This document shows positions 36,704 to 49,450 of a DNA stretch of 64,000 nucleotides, in pieces. A program made the translations under genes and the position numbers. Every line of letters starts with the position of its first letter. Position 1 is the stretch's first letter. The notes under the pieces are model-generated. The model made no database searches. It was given only the letters and a program-made list of their open reading frames with translations, and was not told the origin of the DNA. Origin of the DNA: Hydrolagus affinis (taxonomy: Eukaryota); assembly GCA_012026655.1 (NCBI GenBank), contig JAAILG010001512.1, positions 1 to 64,000 on the forward strand. Reading direction: 5' to 3'.

Positions 36704-37020
36704 GTGGATTCCTGTAGCTCAGTGGTTAGAGCACTCATCTTACAAGCGCGAGACCTGTGTTTGAATCCAAGCAGGGCGAAATCTTGGGCAAGTTTCCTTA
36801 CTCCACAAGCCTAATAATAACCCCTCAAAAAAACAATAATAAATTGGTTGTTTCAATCCACGACTGTTGGTGGGACACTGCTGTGCGCAATTGGCTGCTG
36901 CATGTATGCCCACAAATATACAGTCAATTCACTTTACTGTATATTCTGTGAAACGCTTTGAGACATCTAGAAGATGTGAAAAGCGCTATATCAAATGCAA
37001 GGATTATTATTATTATTATA
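36704..37020 (+). mobile_element. Full-length SINE
   Basis: gtggattcctgtagctcagtggttagagc head through ggattattattatt tail. Confidence 0.92.
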
Positions 37021-37357
37021 ACCACCATCATTGCGTTGTCCTACAACGGATTCTCAATCTGTTGTGGATTGAAGTAACGATTTCTTTTGAAGGGATTATT
37101 ACCCGGGAAAAGCGATCTGCCAATCAACTGACAACCAGGATCCTACTTACTGCTAGGTAAACAGAGGCATGTGGAGTAAGGAAACCTGTCTAAGGTTTTG
37201 TCCTTGAACCCAGGATTCTCATTGAACCCAGCACTCTCATTTGAGAAGTGAATAACAACTGAGTTACAGGACTTATGTAAGCTGGATGCATCGTTTCAGG
37301 GAGCATTCCATTCCAATATCTTGAGAATTTCCATGTGCACATGGAATGCATGGTTAA

Positions 37358-37957
37358 TCCGTGCATTTGATATAGCACTTTTCATGTCTTCTAGACCAGC
37401 GGTTCTCAACCAGGGGTACATATACCCAGGGGGTACAAAATTACTTCCAGGGGTTACAGGTTTATTCATTGATTTATTCAGCTCTCTAGATATTTAGTGT
37501 TTTATAGCCTTCCAAATTGTATATTTAATTGTTATTCCCCTCGTTTTGTTTGTGCTAGTTATTTTGTTTTATATAAGAAAAGCGAATGGAATGAGGCGGG
37601 TGGTGTGTGTATACGGTTGGGTGAGGGTACACGATAATGTTGAAAATTAACAGGGGGTAAATTACTGAAAAAGGTTGAGAACCACTGGTCTAGACGTCTC
37701 AAAGTGCTTCACAGAATACCCTGTAAAGTGAATTGACTGTATATTTATGGGCGAAATGTGGCAGCCAATTGCACTCAGCCCTGTTCCACAAACAGTCGTG
37801 GATTGAGTGACCAAATTATTATTGGGGTTTTTTCTTGAGGGATTATTATCAGGTGTGTGGAGTAAGGAAACTTGCCCAAGGTTTCGCTCTGCCGGGAATC
37901 AAACCTAAGTCTCTTGTTTGTAAGGCAGGTGTTGTACCCACTGTGCTACAGGACACC
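37358..37957 (-). mobile_element. SINE split by a hAT MITE insertion
   Basis: SINE sequence ttcatgtcttctaga|cgtctcaaagtgc resumes after the insert. Confidence 0.88.
37397..37687. mobile_element. hAT (Charlie-like) non-autonomous MITE, 291 bp
   Basis: TIRs cagcggttctcaacc / ggttgagaaccactg; 8-bp TSD ttctagac / gtctagac fits the NTCTAGAN preference of Charlie elements. Confidence 0.9.
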
Positions 37958-39229
37958 ATAGTTGGATACTCTTAAGCATGGTGATGGATTTCTGCATGTG
38001 TCAGCCAGTTAGCTGACTAAAACAATCTAGTTTTAGCAGAGGGCAAATCGCTAGGACCTCCTGTCACCTGCACTGCATCAATATGAATTAACAAATAGCC
38101 TGAGACAAAACACTATTAAGGTGGTCCCGACAGCACAAATTTCTTTAAATTTCTAGAAATAATAGTCCTTCTATTTGATAAGTGCCTTTCACATTGAGTG
38201 GTTATCTAAAGTGCCATCACAAAATAACAAGTAGTGTATTTGTATTTTGTAGAGAAAGATGGAGGTCAATTTGGGCAAAACAATATCCCTAAAACAACAA
38301 TTAAGTGAATTACCAATTGTATTGTGAAAAGCTCCCTAGACATTTCCTATGGGATCTTTGTATAAATCAGTAAATAAATTAGTATAAACTTGACATGAAT
38401 GAAGCATTCTGTCATGGTAAAGGCAAATTTTGATGCAATACTAGTTTTATCTAAGATAACAACAATGTTTTTTTTCATTTTCCTTCCCCACCCAATGTGA
38501 TCATCAGAGTTCCAGGCTTGCCACTGGGAAAACCCACTGAATCCTTATGCAATCCGGGTAGTTAAAAGTACCTGCCTTTCGTCATGTTTCTTTCTGTCAG
38601 CTAAATATTTATTTCATGACTCAACCAACAGAGAGGCCCGACCTTTAGAATCAGAAAACATTCAAGCACAGAAACAGGACCACTTGACTCATCCAGTCTG
38701 TGCAGGTCAATTTCTTCACTCAGTCCCTCCTCATAACGCCCCACACTTTTAATATTATTTTGTTTAAACTCCCATCTATCAGATGAAAATAATCTATAAA
38801 TCTACTTCAACACCGGTTTATAACAGAGAACTCCACATTCCAACATCAAAATGTGCAAAGATGTTTTTCCAACCTCCCAGTTTATTCCTATTGACATTAT
38901 TTTTGAGATTTCTCATTACTGACTCACTGACAACAACCCAGTATTGTTTGCCTAAGCACAGCTTTTCAGAAGATCAAAGATCTGTTTTGTTCTTTGAAAG
39001 AGTAATCCATTCAGTCCCATTTATCTGCCCCCACCAACCCCCACTCCCTCCTGAAAATTATAACTTTTTGGACACCTACCTATAACCCACTTAAAAACTG
39101 ATATTGACCTGCCCGCTCCAGGTCTACTCAGCAGGCTCAAGCCTCCCTCCCTTTGCCTCACCCCTCCCTTGCCTTAGAGAGCTGGGGGGGGTGGGGTGGT
39201 AAAGAGGAGTGCAAGGATTTAACACTTGA

Positions 39230-40100
39230 GTGAAGATCTTTAAGTCGATCCACTCTATGTCAGGAAGGCAGTGGATTTTGGCAAGGCCTGGGGTAATCGG
39301 GGTATGAAGCTTGGTACGGGTAAGGATGCGGGTAGCGGAGTTTTTTTTAATGAGATGAATTTTGTGAATGTTGGAGGGAAGACCGGTGAGGAGGGCTTTG
39401 GGAGTAGTCCAGCTGAGAGGTGGCAAAGGCATGGACAAGGGTTTTCGCAGCTTTTGGGGTGAGATATTGATGGAGCAATGTGGGCAAGGTGGAAGAACAC
39501 AGTACTGCTGTGGACTGGATGTGGGGAGGACGGATAATTGGGGATCGAAGCCGATGCTTAAGTAGTACACTGGTTTGACATGTGAGGTAAGTTGAAGAAA
39601 TCAGAACCGTGGGACGGAAGACATTGACAGGAGCCAAATAGTATGACATTTAACTGCAGGAAATGTGTGTTCATCCAGCTCCTGACATCCGACAGAAAAG
39701 CTGACAGAATATCAGGTGACTGGGGGTCGCAGTTAGAGGTTGGAAAGAAGAGTTGAGTGTCATCCGCGTACATGTGGAAGTTAACCATGTGTCTGCTGAC
39801 GACATCACTAAGAGGGAGCACGTGGATAAGGAGGAGAAGGGGCCAAGGAAGGATCCTTGGGGTAGATCACAGGTGACCGGGCAGAAGCAAGAAGAAAAAC
39901 CATTTGCACAAATATAACGCTGGCGGCCTGTAAGGTAGGACTCGAACCAAGCGAGTGCGGTTCCCACTGAGGTGGATGGAGGACAGGCGGTAAAGGATGG
40001 CGAGATCGACTGTCAAACATAGGGGAGAGGTACAAAAAGACGAGGAGGCAGAGGGAGCCCTGGTCACAGATAGAGAGGACATTGTTTGTGATTTTCAAAT
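39230..40100 (-). mobile_element. L2-clade LINE reverse transcriptase fragment, frameshifted
   Basis: TALAWFESYL, PQGSFLGP and HMYADDTQL motifs in different frames. Confidence 0.9.
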
Positions 40101-41404
40101 GCACTTTTGGACACCCTCCTGCCACCCCCACTAATCTCTGCCCCCTCCTTCCCCCTCCCTCCAGCCCTGGCTCAGGTCCGAATCCAGTTAGGATGTCCTC
40201 CCAATGTGAAAGGCGCTATATAAATTTGATTCTGTATTGACATGGACCCTGCCTTGATAACCACACCTTACAAAGAATTCCACATCCTAACAACTGTGTG
40301 TTTGTGTGCACAAAGAAAAAGTCCTCCTAATCTCTCCCTTGCTAGCTACCTTACATTGACGCATTCAGTTGAAATAATTTCCTCCCTATCTTATCAAAAC
40401 GCTGCATCCTTTTAAAAACCTCCCATCAGCTCTCACATCAGTCTTCTCTGTTCCAACAAAAGAAGTTCCTCTCTGCTCAAGCAAATGTAAAATAGGGATT
40501 TTACTGACATCTTCTGGCCCTGAGTGAGAGCGCTGCCAAGATGACAAAACACAATCAATGGGTGTCCTCATTGTTTTAGCTATATTTTGATCAGAACTTT
40601 GCTCCAGGCCACTTTAGCTTTCCCATTCGATATCCTCAATAGACAGGTTGAAGGTGAAACACACACACTTGCTTTGATCAGTTCATTAAAATAACCCATC
40701 AGACGGAAACAGTAACATTACTATATGTAGTAAATGGGAAGTTCAGTACATAAGTGCATGCCTGCCAGGAAGGTGAAAGGCGAACTAGTTGGACCTTGGT
40801 CTTTTTTTTCGTCTATCATTTCTTACGTTCTTATCTCAGCTTCAGAGCAAATTCAACAATCACTCCCCTTTATTAGGGCAAGAAAATTAAAGGGCAGGGG
40901 GAAGGTGTAAGGAGGACAGAAATTAGTTGCTTTGTTATTCTGAATGAAAGTCTGAGAATGGAATATCCCCTCTATCACCCCACTCCACCCACCCCCCCCA
41001 AGCCAATCTTAGATTGCTCCCTCAGCCTTATCAAATCATCTCTTTGTTTATTTCAATATTCCAGCTGTCAAACTGATCTTAAGTTGAAACTATCTGGTAA
41101 AGGAAACACAAAATGCTCATTCACAAGGGCCATTTCCAAAACTTCCTGGTTACCTGTATAATAGATATCACATCATTGGCCCATTTTCTGACTTGTTCCG
41201 TTTACCATAAAGTTATTCTTTATCAAATATTAAAATAAATGCATAAGGAATGATCTTAAACTTATGGAGATTCTACACAATAAAAGGAAATTGACAAATG
41301 TCATTATGTGGAGCAGCTTCATTTTTCTCAACTGAACAGACACAAACACCATAAAATCCAGGGCAGAAGTTACAACTTCACGATTTTTAAAATGACCTGG
41401 AAAT

Positions 41405-42245
41405 ATAAGAACATAAAAACATAAGAATTAGGAGCAGGAATAGGCCATTCGGCCCTTCGAGCCTGCTCCGCCATTCAATAAGATCATGGCTGATCTTCTC
41501 ACCTAACTCTAATTACCTGCCCTATCACCATATCCTNNNNNNNNNNNNNNNNNNNNNNNNNNNNNNNNNNNNNNNNNNNNNNNNNNNNNNNNNNNNNNNN
41601 NNNNNNNNNNNNNNNNNNNNNNNNNNNNNNNNNNNNGCCTTGAAAATGTTCAAGGACTGAGCATCTACAGCCTTCTGGGGTAGTGAATTCCATAAATTCA
41701 CTACCCTCTGAGTGAAGAAATGTTTCCTCAACTCTGTTCTAAAAGGCTGACCCTTAATTTTAAGACTGTGACCCCTGGTTATAGATTCTCCTACCAGGAG
41801 AAACAGTTCCTCAGTGTCTACTTTAGCCCTTTAAGAATCTTACATGTTTCAATAAGAACCCCCTAATTCTTCTGTACTCTAGAGAATACAACCCTAGTTT
41901 ATTCAACCTATCCTCATAGGTCAGTCCCCTCATCCCAGGAACTAACCTAGTGAATCTACGCTGCAGCCCCTCTAAGGCAAGTATGTCCTTTTTTAAATAA
42001 GGAGACTAAAACTGCACACAATACTCTTGGTGCGGTCCCACCAAAGCCCTATACAGTTGCAGCAAGACTTCCCTATTCTTGTACTCTAAACCTTTTGAAA
42101 TGAACGCTAGCATGCTGTTCGCCTTCTTAGTTGCTTGCTGCACCTGCAAACTAACTTTTTGGGACTGGTGTACAAGGACACCCAAATCCCTTTGAACACT
42201 AACACTATCTAATTTCTCCCCTTCTAGAAAATAAACTGGGATTGA
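41405..42245 (-). mobile_element. CR1 LINE 3' fragment (spans a 100-N gap)
   Basis: ORF2 C-terminal peptides RDLGVLVH..KANSMLAFI..LYRALVGPHQEYCVQF and RKHFFTQRVVNLWNSLP; shark-type 3' end gaatggcctattcctgctcctaattcttatg. Confidence 0.92.
41537..41636. other. Assembly gap (100 N)
   Basis: Run of N. Confidence 1.
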
Positions 42246-43033
42246 TATCTCATCATTCAGACGTAGAAAAACAACTCGCATTTATATAGCCAACTTTATT
42301 CCGGACAGTGTCTCAGAAAGCTTAACTGTTGCTGTAAAAGTCACAACAACAACTTCAACAACTACTTGTTTTTATATGGCACCTTTCACACTGGTAGCGT
42401 CCCAGAGCGCCACAACAAACAAACTGATGTATGGTGGTGGTCCTGTTATTTATACTAATATAGAAGGGGAAATTTCAGCATATAGTGTGGTAATTATCAC
42501 TGATGATAATTATGATAGTTCAAAATGTGATTGAAAGCAATCAAAGTGATGCCCCCCACACCCCCACTTCAATACAATGGCTGAGGCTCAAAAGTTTGGA
42601 TCATCACCATCCTGGTTCTTACCAGTCACAGTGGCCTCAGAACCCAGAATTTTGGTGCCACTTTACAAGAACAAAGATGTTGACTATTAGAATTTTTTGA
42701 GCCACATTCAAGCAGTGCTGAAGTCCAGGGTTGGGTGTCCTGTATGGCATCCCTTCTGATCATATTTTTAGTAATCTATCAACAACAACAACTACTTTGA
42801 TTTATATAGCGCCCTCCACTCCGGATGGTGTCTCAGAGCGCTTCACAATAGAGGATCCCGGGACCGAGCCAGGGATAGGGATAAAAAGGTAACCAAAGGC
42901 GTGGTCGAAGAGAAAGGTCTTTAACTGTGACCTGAAACTGGGAAGGGAGGGGGTGAGGCGAAGGGAGTGAGGAAGAGAGGTACAGAGGGACGAGAGAATC
43001 CCCGATTGGCTTGCCTTTGTCCTGGTGACTCAC

Positions 43034-43354
43034 CTTCCAGCCGCTGCCAGCTTCTCTGTAGTATGGGAAGTTATCACAGATCCACTGATATATCTCACTG
43101 AGTGTCATTTTCTTCTTCGGAGAGCTGTTGATAGCGAAGGTTATGAGACTAGCATAACTGTATGGCGGTTTGCCATCTTTGTTCTGTGTGTCCTGATCCA
43201 GTGTGGTGTTAGGGTCCAGGAGAGCATTTTTCTTAGCCACCCCACCACCAGCAGCCACACTCTGGGCAGCGTCCGCTTTCTGGATGGCTGCTCTCATAGT
43301 TAGCTGTGGCAGCCAGTCCATGGACGTCAGGCTGCTCTCCAGCTCTGATGTCAT
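43034..43354 (-). CDS. foxj3: Forkhead box J3, coding exon 1 ([18 protein letters not shown]...forkhead N-part to GSGWK)
   Basis: [46 protein letters not shown] matches FOXJ3; donor AAG|gtgagt; in-frame TGA 7 codons upstream; strong acceptor T-tract-ag at 43496-43495 gives a 140-nt leader. Confidence 0.97.
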
Positions 43355-43864
43355 CCTGTCCGAATAAGTCCTTCAACAACAGCCAGTAATCTGTAATCCA
43401 CAACCACTGGGCGACAACCAGAGTCCCAGTGTTTAATACAGGGATTCCACACTGCCAAGGTGTCCTCGCAAGATAGATGAAATCCAATCTTACTCTAAAA
43501 AAAAAGGTTATTGTTGGTTAGTAAATTTCAGAAACTACAGAAAATGCATTGATAAAGAATTCATTGAGCATGTGAAAGTTATAGTTTTGTTGCAATGACG
43601 CCCGCCGCTGCTTTAAATAATTTTGCACAAAATACAGACAATTCATTCTACAGTATACTATGTGAAGGGCTTTGAGACATCTCGAAGACGTGATAAGGCG
43701 CTATATCAATTGCAAGGATTATTATATTATTCTCCATCAAGCTAAAGAGCTGCATTCTCCAGGTGAGCTTTTAGGTGCAAGTTTGGCGCACTCGGTAGCC
43801 CTTTTGCCTCTCAGTACAAAGCTGGGGGAACCCTCTTCCAATGGTCACTTTGTCTATTCAAACA

Positions 43865-44282
43865 GATTTAAAAATCTCACAGCAATTAAAAATCACTATG
43901 GAGAAAGGAGACAGGAGAGTTTCCGCTTGATATCCTGGCCAGGAATCCTTTAAATCCCTTCACTCCCTGGCACCATCCTACCTCTTTGACCTTTTCACTC
44001 CCCAAACCACCACCCGGAGACCGCTCAACTGACACCGGCCTCCTACTTGTTCCTCGCACCCTTTGCTCCACCATTGGACGTCATGCTTTCAGTTACTATG
44101 CCCCGAAACTCTGGAACACTCATTCAATCCTTCTGCTTTGCCCACCTCACCCCCTTTTCAAGTCCCTCCCGAAAACCTTCCTTTCCAACCTTACTTATGC
44201 TCACCTCCCAAGGCTTCGCCACTATTAAGCCCTCTGAGACAATACCCTGCTTGGAGGACACTATATAAATGCAATTTGTTCT
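43865..44282 (+). mobile_element. L2-clade LINE 3' fragment
   Basis: DTGLLLVPRT..TIGRHAFSYYAPKLWN. Confidence 0.8.
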
Positions 44283-44361
44283 AGGTAAATTGGCTAATCA
44301 TCTTATGACCTCGCTGTGGACAAAATGGCTTCTATGGTTATTAATAATCTTGTATTATTGT

Positions 44362-44843
44362 AGGACATACTTGCCTTAGAGGGGGTGCAGCGTAGATTCA
44401 CTAGGTTAGTTCCTGGGATGAGGGGTCTGTGAGGATAGGTTGAATAAACTAGAGCTGTATTCTCTGGAGTACAGAAGAATTAGGGGGGATCTTATTGAAA
44501 CATAAGATTCTTAAAGGGATGGATAAAGTAGACACTGAGGGACTGTTTCCCCTGGTAGGAGAATCTTTAACCAGGAAAATTAAGGGTCAGCCTTTTAGAA
44601 CGGAGTTGAGGAAACATTTCTTCACTCAGAGGGTAGTGAATTTATGGAAAGGGTGTGGATGCTCAATCCCTGAACATTTTCAAGGCTGAGACTGATAGAT
44701 TTTTTAAAAATAGAGGGATATGGGGATATGGGGATGGGCTGGTAATTAGAGTTAAGTCAGAAGATCAGCCATGATTTTATTGAATGGTGGGCAGGCTCGA
44801 AGAGTCGAATGGCCTACTCCTGCTCCTAATTCTTATGGTCTTA
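44362..44843 (+). mobile_element. CR1 LINE 3' fragment inserted into a SINE tail
   Basis: FRTELRKHFFTQRVVNLW and the same 3' end as the 41405 copy; SINE tail continues on both sides (taataatcttgtatt ... atttgatatagtgcc). Confidence 0.9.
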
Positions 44844-47147
44844 TTTGATATAGTGCCTTATCGTGTCTTTCAGAAGCCTCAAAGCGCTTCACAGAATATA
44901 CTGTAAAGTAAATTGACTGTATATTTATGGGGGAATCGCAGCAGTCAATTGTGCACAATAGTTTGCCTAGAATTCTGTACCACAACAGCGAACAAGATAC
45001 AAGATATGGTCACGATCAGAGTGCTCAGAAGCGAGGTATGTACAACTCTCTGCTTCATGACGTGGGATTAGTCTGCTGTGTGCATCAATGATAAACACAA
45101 TTACTGTAAAATGTTTCCAGACTTATGAATTTGAAAAGGCATGAAAGATATAGGCTTCTTTCATTCCTTGTATTCAATAATGATACAACTTGTGCAGTTT
45201 GGAAAAATACGTTAAAGAATTGTTGCACTTCTGTTCTATTTTTGACTGAAAGACATGGAGTCACCTCTGACCAAAACTATCATTATTTTTCATTCCATCA
45301 GATAAGTTCTGGGTTTTGCCCAGACAACATCAAGATATTCAAACTGCTCAGTCATATTCTGCGTGATGACCAAGTCTTTGAACTCCTGTCAAAACACAGC
45401 AAGTTTCAACTAAGATGTGCTTATTGTTTGGAAACTTTATCTGAAATGTGGTTGAAAGTGTAGCTGGAATTTTGCTGAAATTTGCATTTTCACATTACTT
45501 GTATCACGTCAAAATGCCTCAAAGCACTTTGCAGGTAAGTACCATGAAGCGTAGTGATTGTTTATGTAGGGACATGAGGCAGCCATTTTACAAAAGGTGA
45601 AGGTAAGATGAATGACCAATTTCTGGAAGATTGTAGATTAGAAAATCAGTACAATATCCTGGCTGCAATTACAATACCTATGAAGTGTTTTGAGACATTT
45701 CAATGCCATATAGCCTTCCAAACCTAAAGATTCTTTCTTACCAAGATATAACCTACAAATTACAGATCGCATGAAAATTCTGCGAAGCTCTTAATGAGAT
45801 AGTTTGACGACATGATAAGGCACTCTATTAAATGCCAGAATTATATTATTTGGCTTCTAATCCATTCCTTTGTCAGGTATAATTAGATTTTGAGGATGAA
45901 ACTATAAATTTAAAGTGTTATCTCTGAGGTTTTACATTTTTCATTAAGCCAGATAAAAAGCTCCAGAGTTGAGCAACTCAACAGAGTTGAGTATGAGTCG
46001 TGATGACAGATTTCAAACGGATACAAACAGAATAATTTTGTACTACACAAAACAAGATACGAGATTTGGACACAATTAGCGGTGCTCAAAAGGTGGAGTT
46101 TATAGGTTAGGCAGGGAGAGTAGGAGGGTGCACAAAGGCATGATCGAAGAGGAAGGTCTTGAGATGTGCCTTGAAGGAGGCAATGGAGGGACTGAATTTT
46201 CTCCTAGTCTTGGTTTTGGATTGGTCTTAAAATTGTAAATTGCACAAAATGTTATAAATTCTTAAATTCTGGGTCAATTTGGATGCTTCTCTTCAAGCAA
46301 TTGGATCCCAAATTAAGAACAGATGTAAGAATTTTAAAAAATTCTGTTTGATCTTAAAATTTAAGACCATGGTCTTAAGATCAAGACAACAAGCACTTTT
46401 AGAGCTCAACTGTGCACATTTCCTGATGTGAAAGGCACTATGCAAATGTAATTTTGTTGTCATTGTTTGATATACACATTTCTAGATTGGCAAAATTGGC
46501 ACAGATTAATTTGTGAATTCCATCTAATGCACCATCTATTTAGCAGACTATGTGGGAAACTCAGAACCAACATTTGTGGAAAAAAAAAGTTGCAAATTCA
46601 TGTTTGAAGCATTAAAACATGAAACAGTAATAACCAGTGAAAGATTATCCCCTCAACCATCTAGTCACCCCCAGTGCGATTCCAACTAACCTAAACTTTG
46701 ATTTGAGCATAAACCTCATGAACTCAAATCAGGCTGCGGGGGGCACATAGCCATGTGGTTCACACCACCTGCCCATCTCATTCTAAAAGCCTGAATATTA
46801 TTGTCCATCATCACAGATCAGACAAGGCAAACATAAATCCATCCACAATAAGACAATAAATGTAAGACAATTTATGTATGAAGAAATAATTTGCAGCTTT
46901 TCCCTAGCAGAGATTGAGAGTATGATAGGTGTGTTTGAGAATCTAAAGAATAGGACAAGTTGAACGGGGAAATTGGTGGAAAGGAGGCACAATTGTTAGC
47001 AAACAAAACAACAAAATTACATTTGTAGAGCACTTTTCACCTTGGGAGGACGATGCTGAACAGTTGGGGTCAGAACCTGAGCATGTGGAGGTGGGGGCGC
47101 GGGGGGGCGCGTGGTAGGGTGGGATGAGCAAGGGATGGCAAAGAGGT

Positions 47148-47470
47148 AATAATAATAATAATATAATCCTTGCATTTGATATAGTGCTTTTCATGTCTTC
47201 TAGAAGTCTCAAAGTGCTTCACAGAATATACTACAAAGTGAATTAACTATATTTATGGGCGAAATGTGGCAGCCAATTGCGCACAGCAGTGTCCCACAAA
47301 CAGTCATGGATTGAAATGACTAATTTTATTATTGTGGGGTTTTTTTTGGACGGATTATTATTAGGCATGTGGAGTATGGAAACTTGCCCAATTTCGCCCT
47401 GACCTACCTGGATTCAAACACAGATCTCATGCTTGTAAGACCAGTGCTTTAACTACTGAGCTACAGGAGC
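47148..47470 (-). mobile_element. Full-length SINE
   Basis: (taa)n tail, core and tRNA head. Confidence 0.9.
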
Positions 47471-49002
47471 TCCATCAGGTAGGAGGGTGGCTGCAGACAC
47501 AGTCAAAAAGGATGGTCTTGAGTTGGGCCTTGAAGGAAGCAAGGCGAAGGGATTGTGGGATGAAGTCCCAACAGATGGGGCAGAGAAGCTGAAAGCTAGG
47601 CCGCTGATGGTAGGGTGAATTGGGTGGGGGACATGGGGACAGGTTGATAAGGGTCAGAGAGGAAGGTGGGGCAAGGCCGTGGAGGGTCTTGAAAGTGAGA
47701 ATGAGGATAACCAGTGTTCAGAAAGAACGTTTTTATTTAGGAGTGTTTTTAGGGTGTAGAATCTATCCCATTTATTGTGGCCGGATGCACAGAAGCATTC
47801 ATTAGAGAACTCGAAAGAACATGAGCAGTAAAAACATTAAAGAGATATGGAGAAAGAGCTGGAACGTGGGAATAATTAAAAAGGGTAACTTTAAAATGGT
47901 TGAAAAGGCTCAGTAGCAACAAAGCAACTAAAATTTAACAACTTGAACTTTGTCATTGCATCTTTAACCTGGAATGAACATCTCAAAGCATGGATCATCA
48001 GGGATCAGTTCACACTTAATATCTAAAGAAAGATAACTGCCCCGATCGCCCACTCCACACTAACACACATCCACGTTCTTTTTTAAAAGTCTAGCTTAAT
48101 TTCAACCAGTTATGGAGTGACTTAATGCTAGATAAAAGTAGACTAAGGTCTACCTAGTTCGCCTTCCACCTTCCTGGCGGTTGTTTGCATGAACATATGT
48201 CCTGAACTACCTATGTACTATATCCCATAATGTTATTTCCTGAAAGAAAACTATCTAATCTGTGTCTGAAGGAATCAACATTTCCTGCTTTCACCATCTC
48301 CCTGCGGAGCCTGTCCCACAGCTACTTGTTTCCTGCTGTACAGCTACTTTGACAGCTACTTGTTTTCATTCAGAGCACAGCTTGTGTGTCAAGTTCAATT
48401 GCTCAGGTACATTAATAAAAAAAGTGGAATGTTCTTCTACATTTACAGGAGCTGCTCTCTATCTAGGAGATAGTCCACCATACCTCCATCTCCTACCACA
48501 TCACACACTAAACAAGCAATTTCACTGCAGGCTCTGCTGTGACTGGAATGCTGAAATAATACTATAATTCAGATGCTAATCTTAAAACTGCATAAAGCTT
48601 TATGATTTTAATCCGCCCCTTATGTCACAGAAGTTAAACTGGCAAGACATGAATCGCCAGTTCTAACGTTTGTAACAAAGCATTTGGAAACAGCTGGAAT
48701 CAAAAACTGGAAATTTTGAGGCGATTTAAAATGAGCAAAGTTCACGTGAGTAAAATACCAATGACTACAGTTGGGATGCGAGAAGTAACAAGAAATGAAT
48801 GTAATTTCATTCCAGATATATTTGCAATCCCTTTCATTATTTACTCTCCTCTCCCTCCCTCAAATTTCAAAAGCAAACCTCCCAGGTCGGAGTCCAAATA
48901 ACCATGTAATTAACAGTAGTCCAATATTTTGACCACTGATGGCTGAGAAACATCCATGGATCGCAGAAGCAAAATTTTGTTTTTATCTTCCTGAAAGAAA
49001 CA

Positions 49003-49450
49003 TACAACAACAACAAAATTGCACTTATATAATGCCTTTCATGTCGGGAGGACGTCCCAAAGCGCTGAACAATCAGGTCGAGACCCGAGCGGGGGGTGTG
49101 GGTGGGGGGGAGTGGGGGAGGATCGGGGTAGAGGGAAGGGGAAGGAAAGTGGGAGAGGGGGAAGAGTTGGTGAGACAGCCGAAGGTGCGGTCGAAGAGGA
49201 AGGTCTTGAAGGAGGAAAGGGAGGAAGCAAGGCAGAGGGGCTGGGGTTGGAGTTCCACAGTGTGGGAGCAGAACGGCTGAAACCCCGGCCGCCGATGGTT
49301 GGATGGTTAGGGCAGTGGACATGGAGCAGGCCTGAGTCTGCTGAACAGAGGGGATGGGCATGCTGATAGGGAGACTGTAGGTCAGAGAGATACGTTGGGG
49401 CAAGGCCATGAGTGGCCTTGAAAGTGAGAACGAGGATCTTGAATTCAAAC
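49003..49450 (-). mobile_element. L2-clade LINE 3' end
   Basis: FKILVLTFKATHGLAPTYLSDL..TIGGRGFS..APTLWNS. Confidence 0.88.

Noticed and set aside
42833-43354. foxj2 as the gene identity
   Set aside because: [36 protein letters not shown] and the WDSIV end match FOXJ3 rather than FOXJ2.
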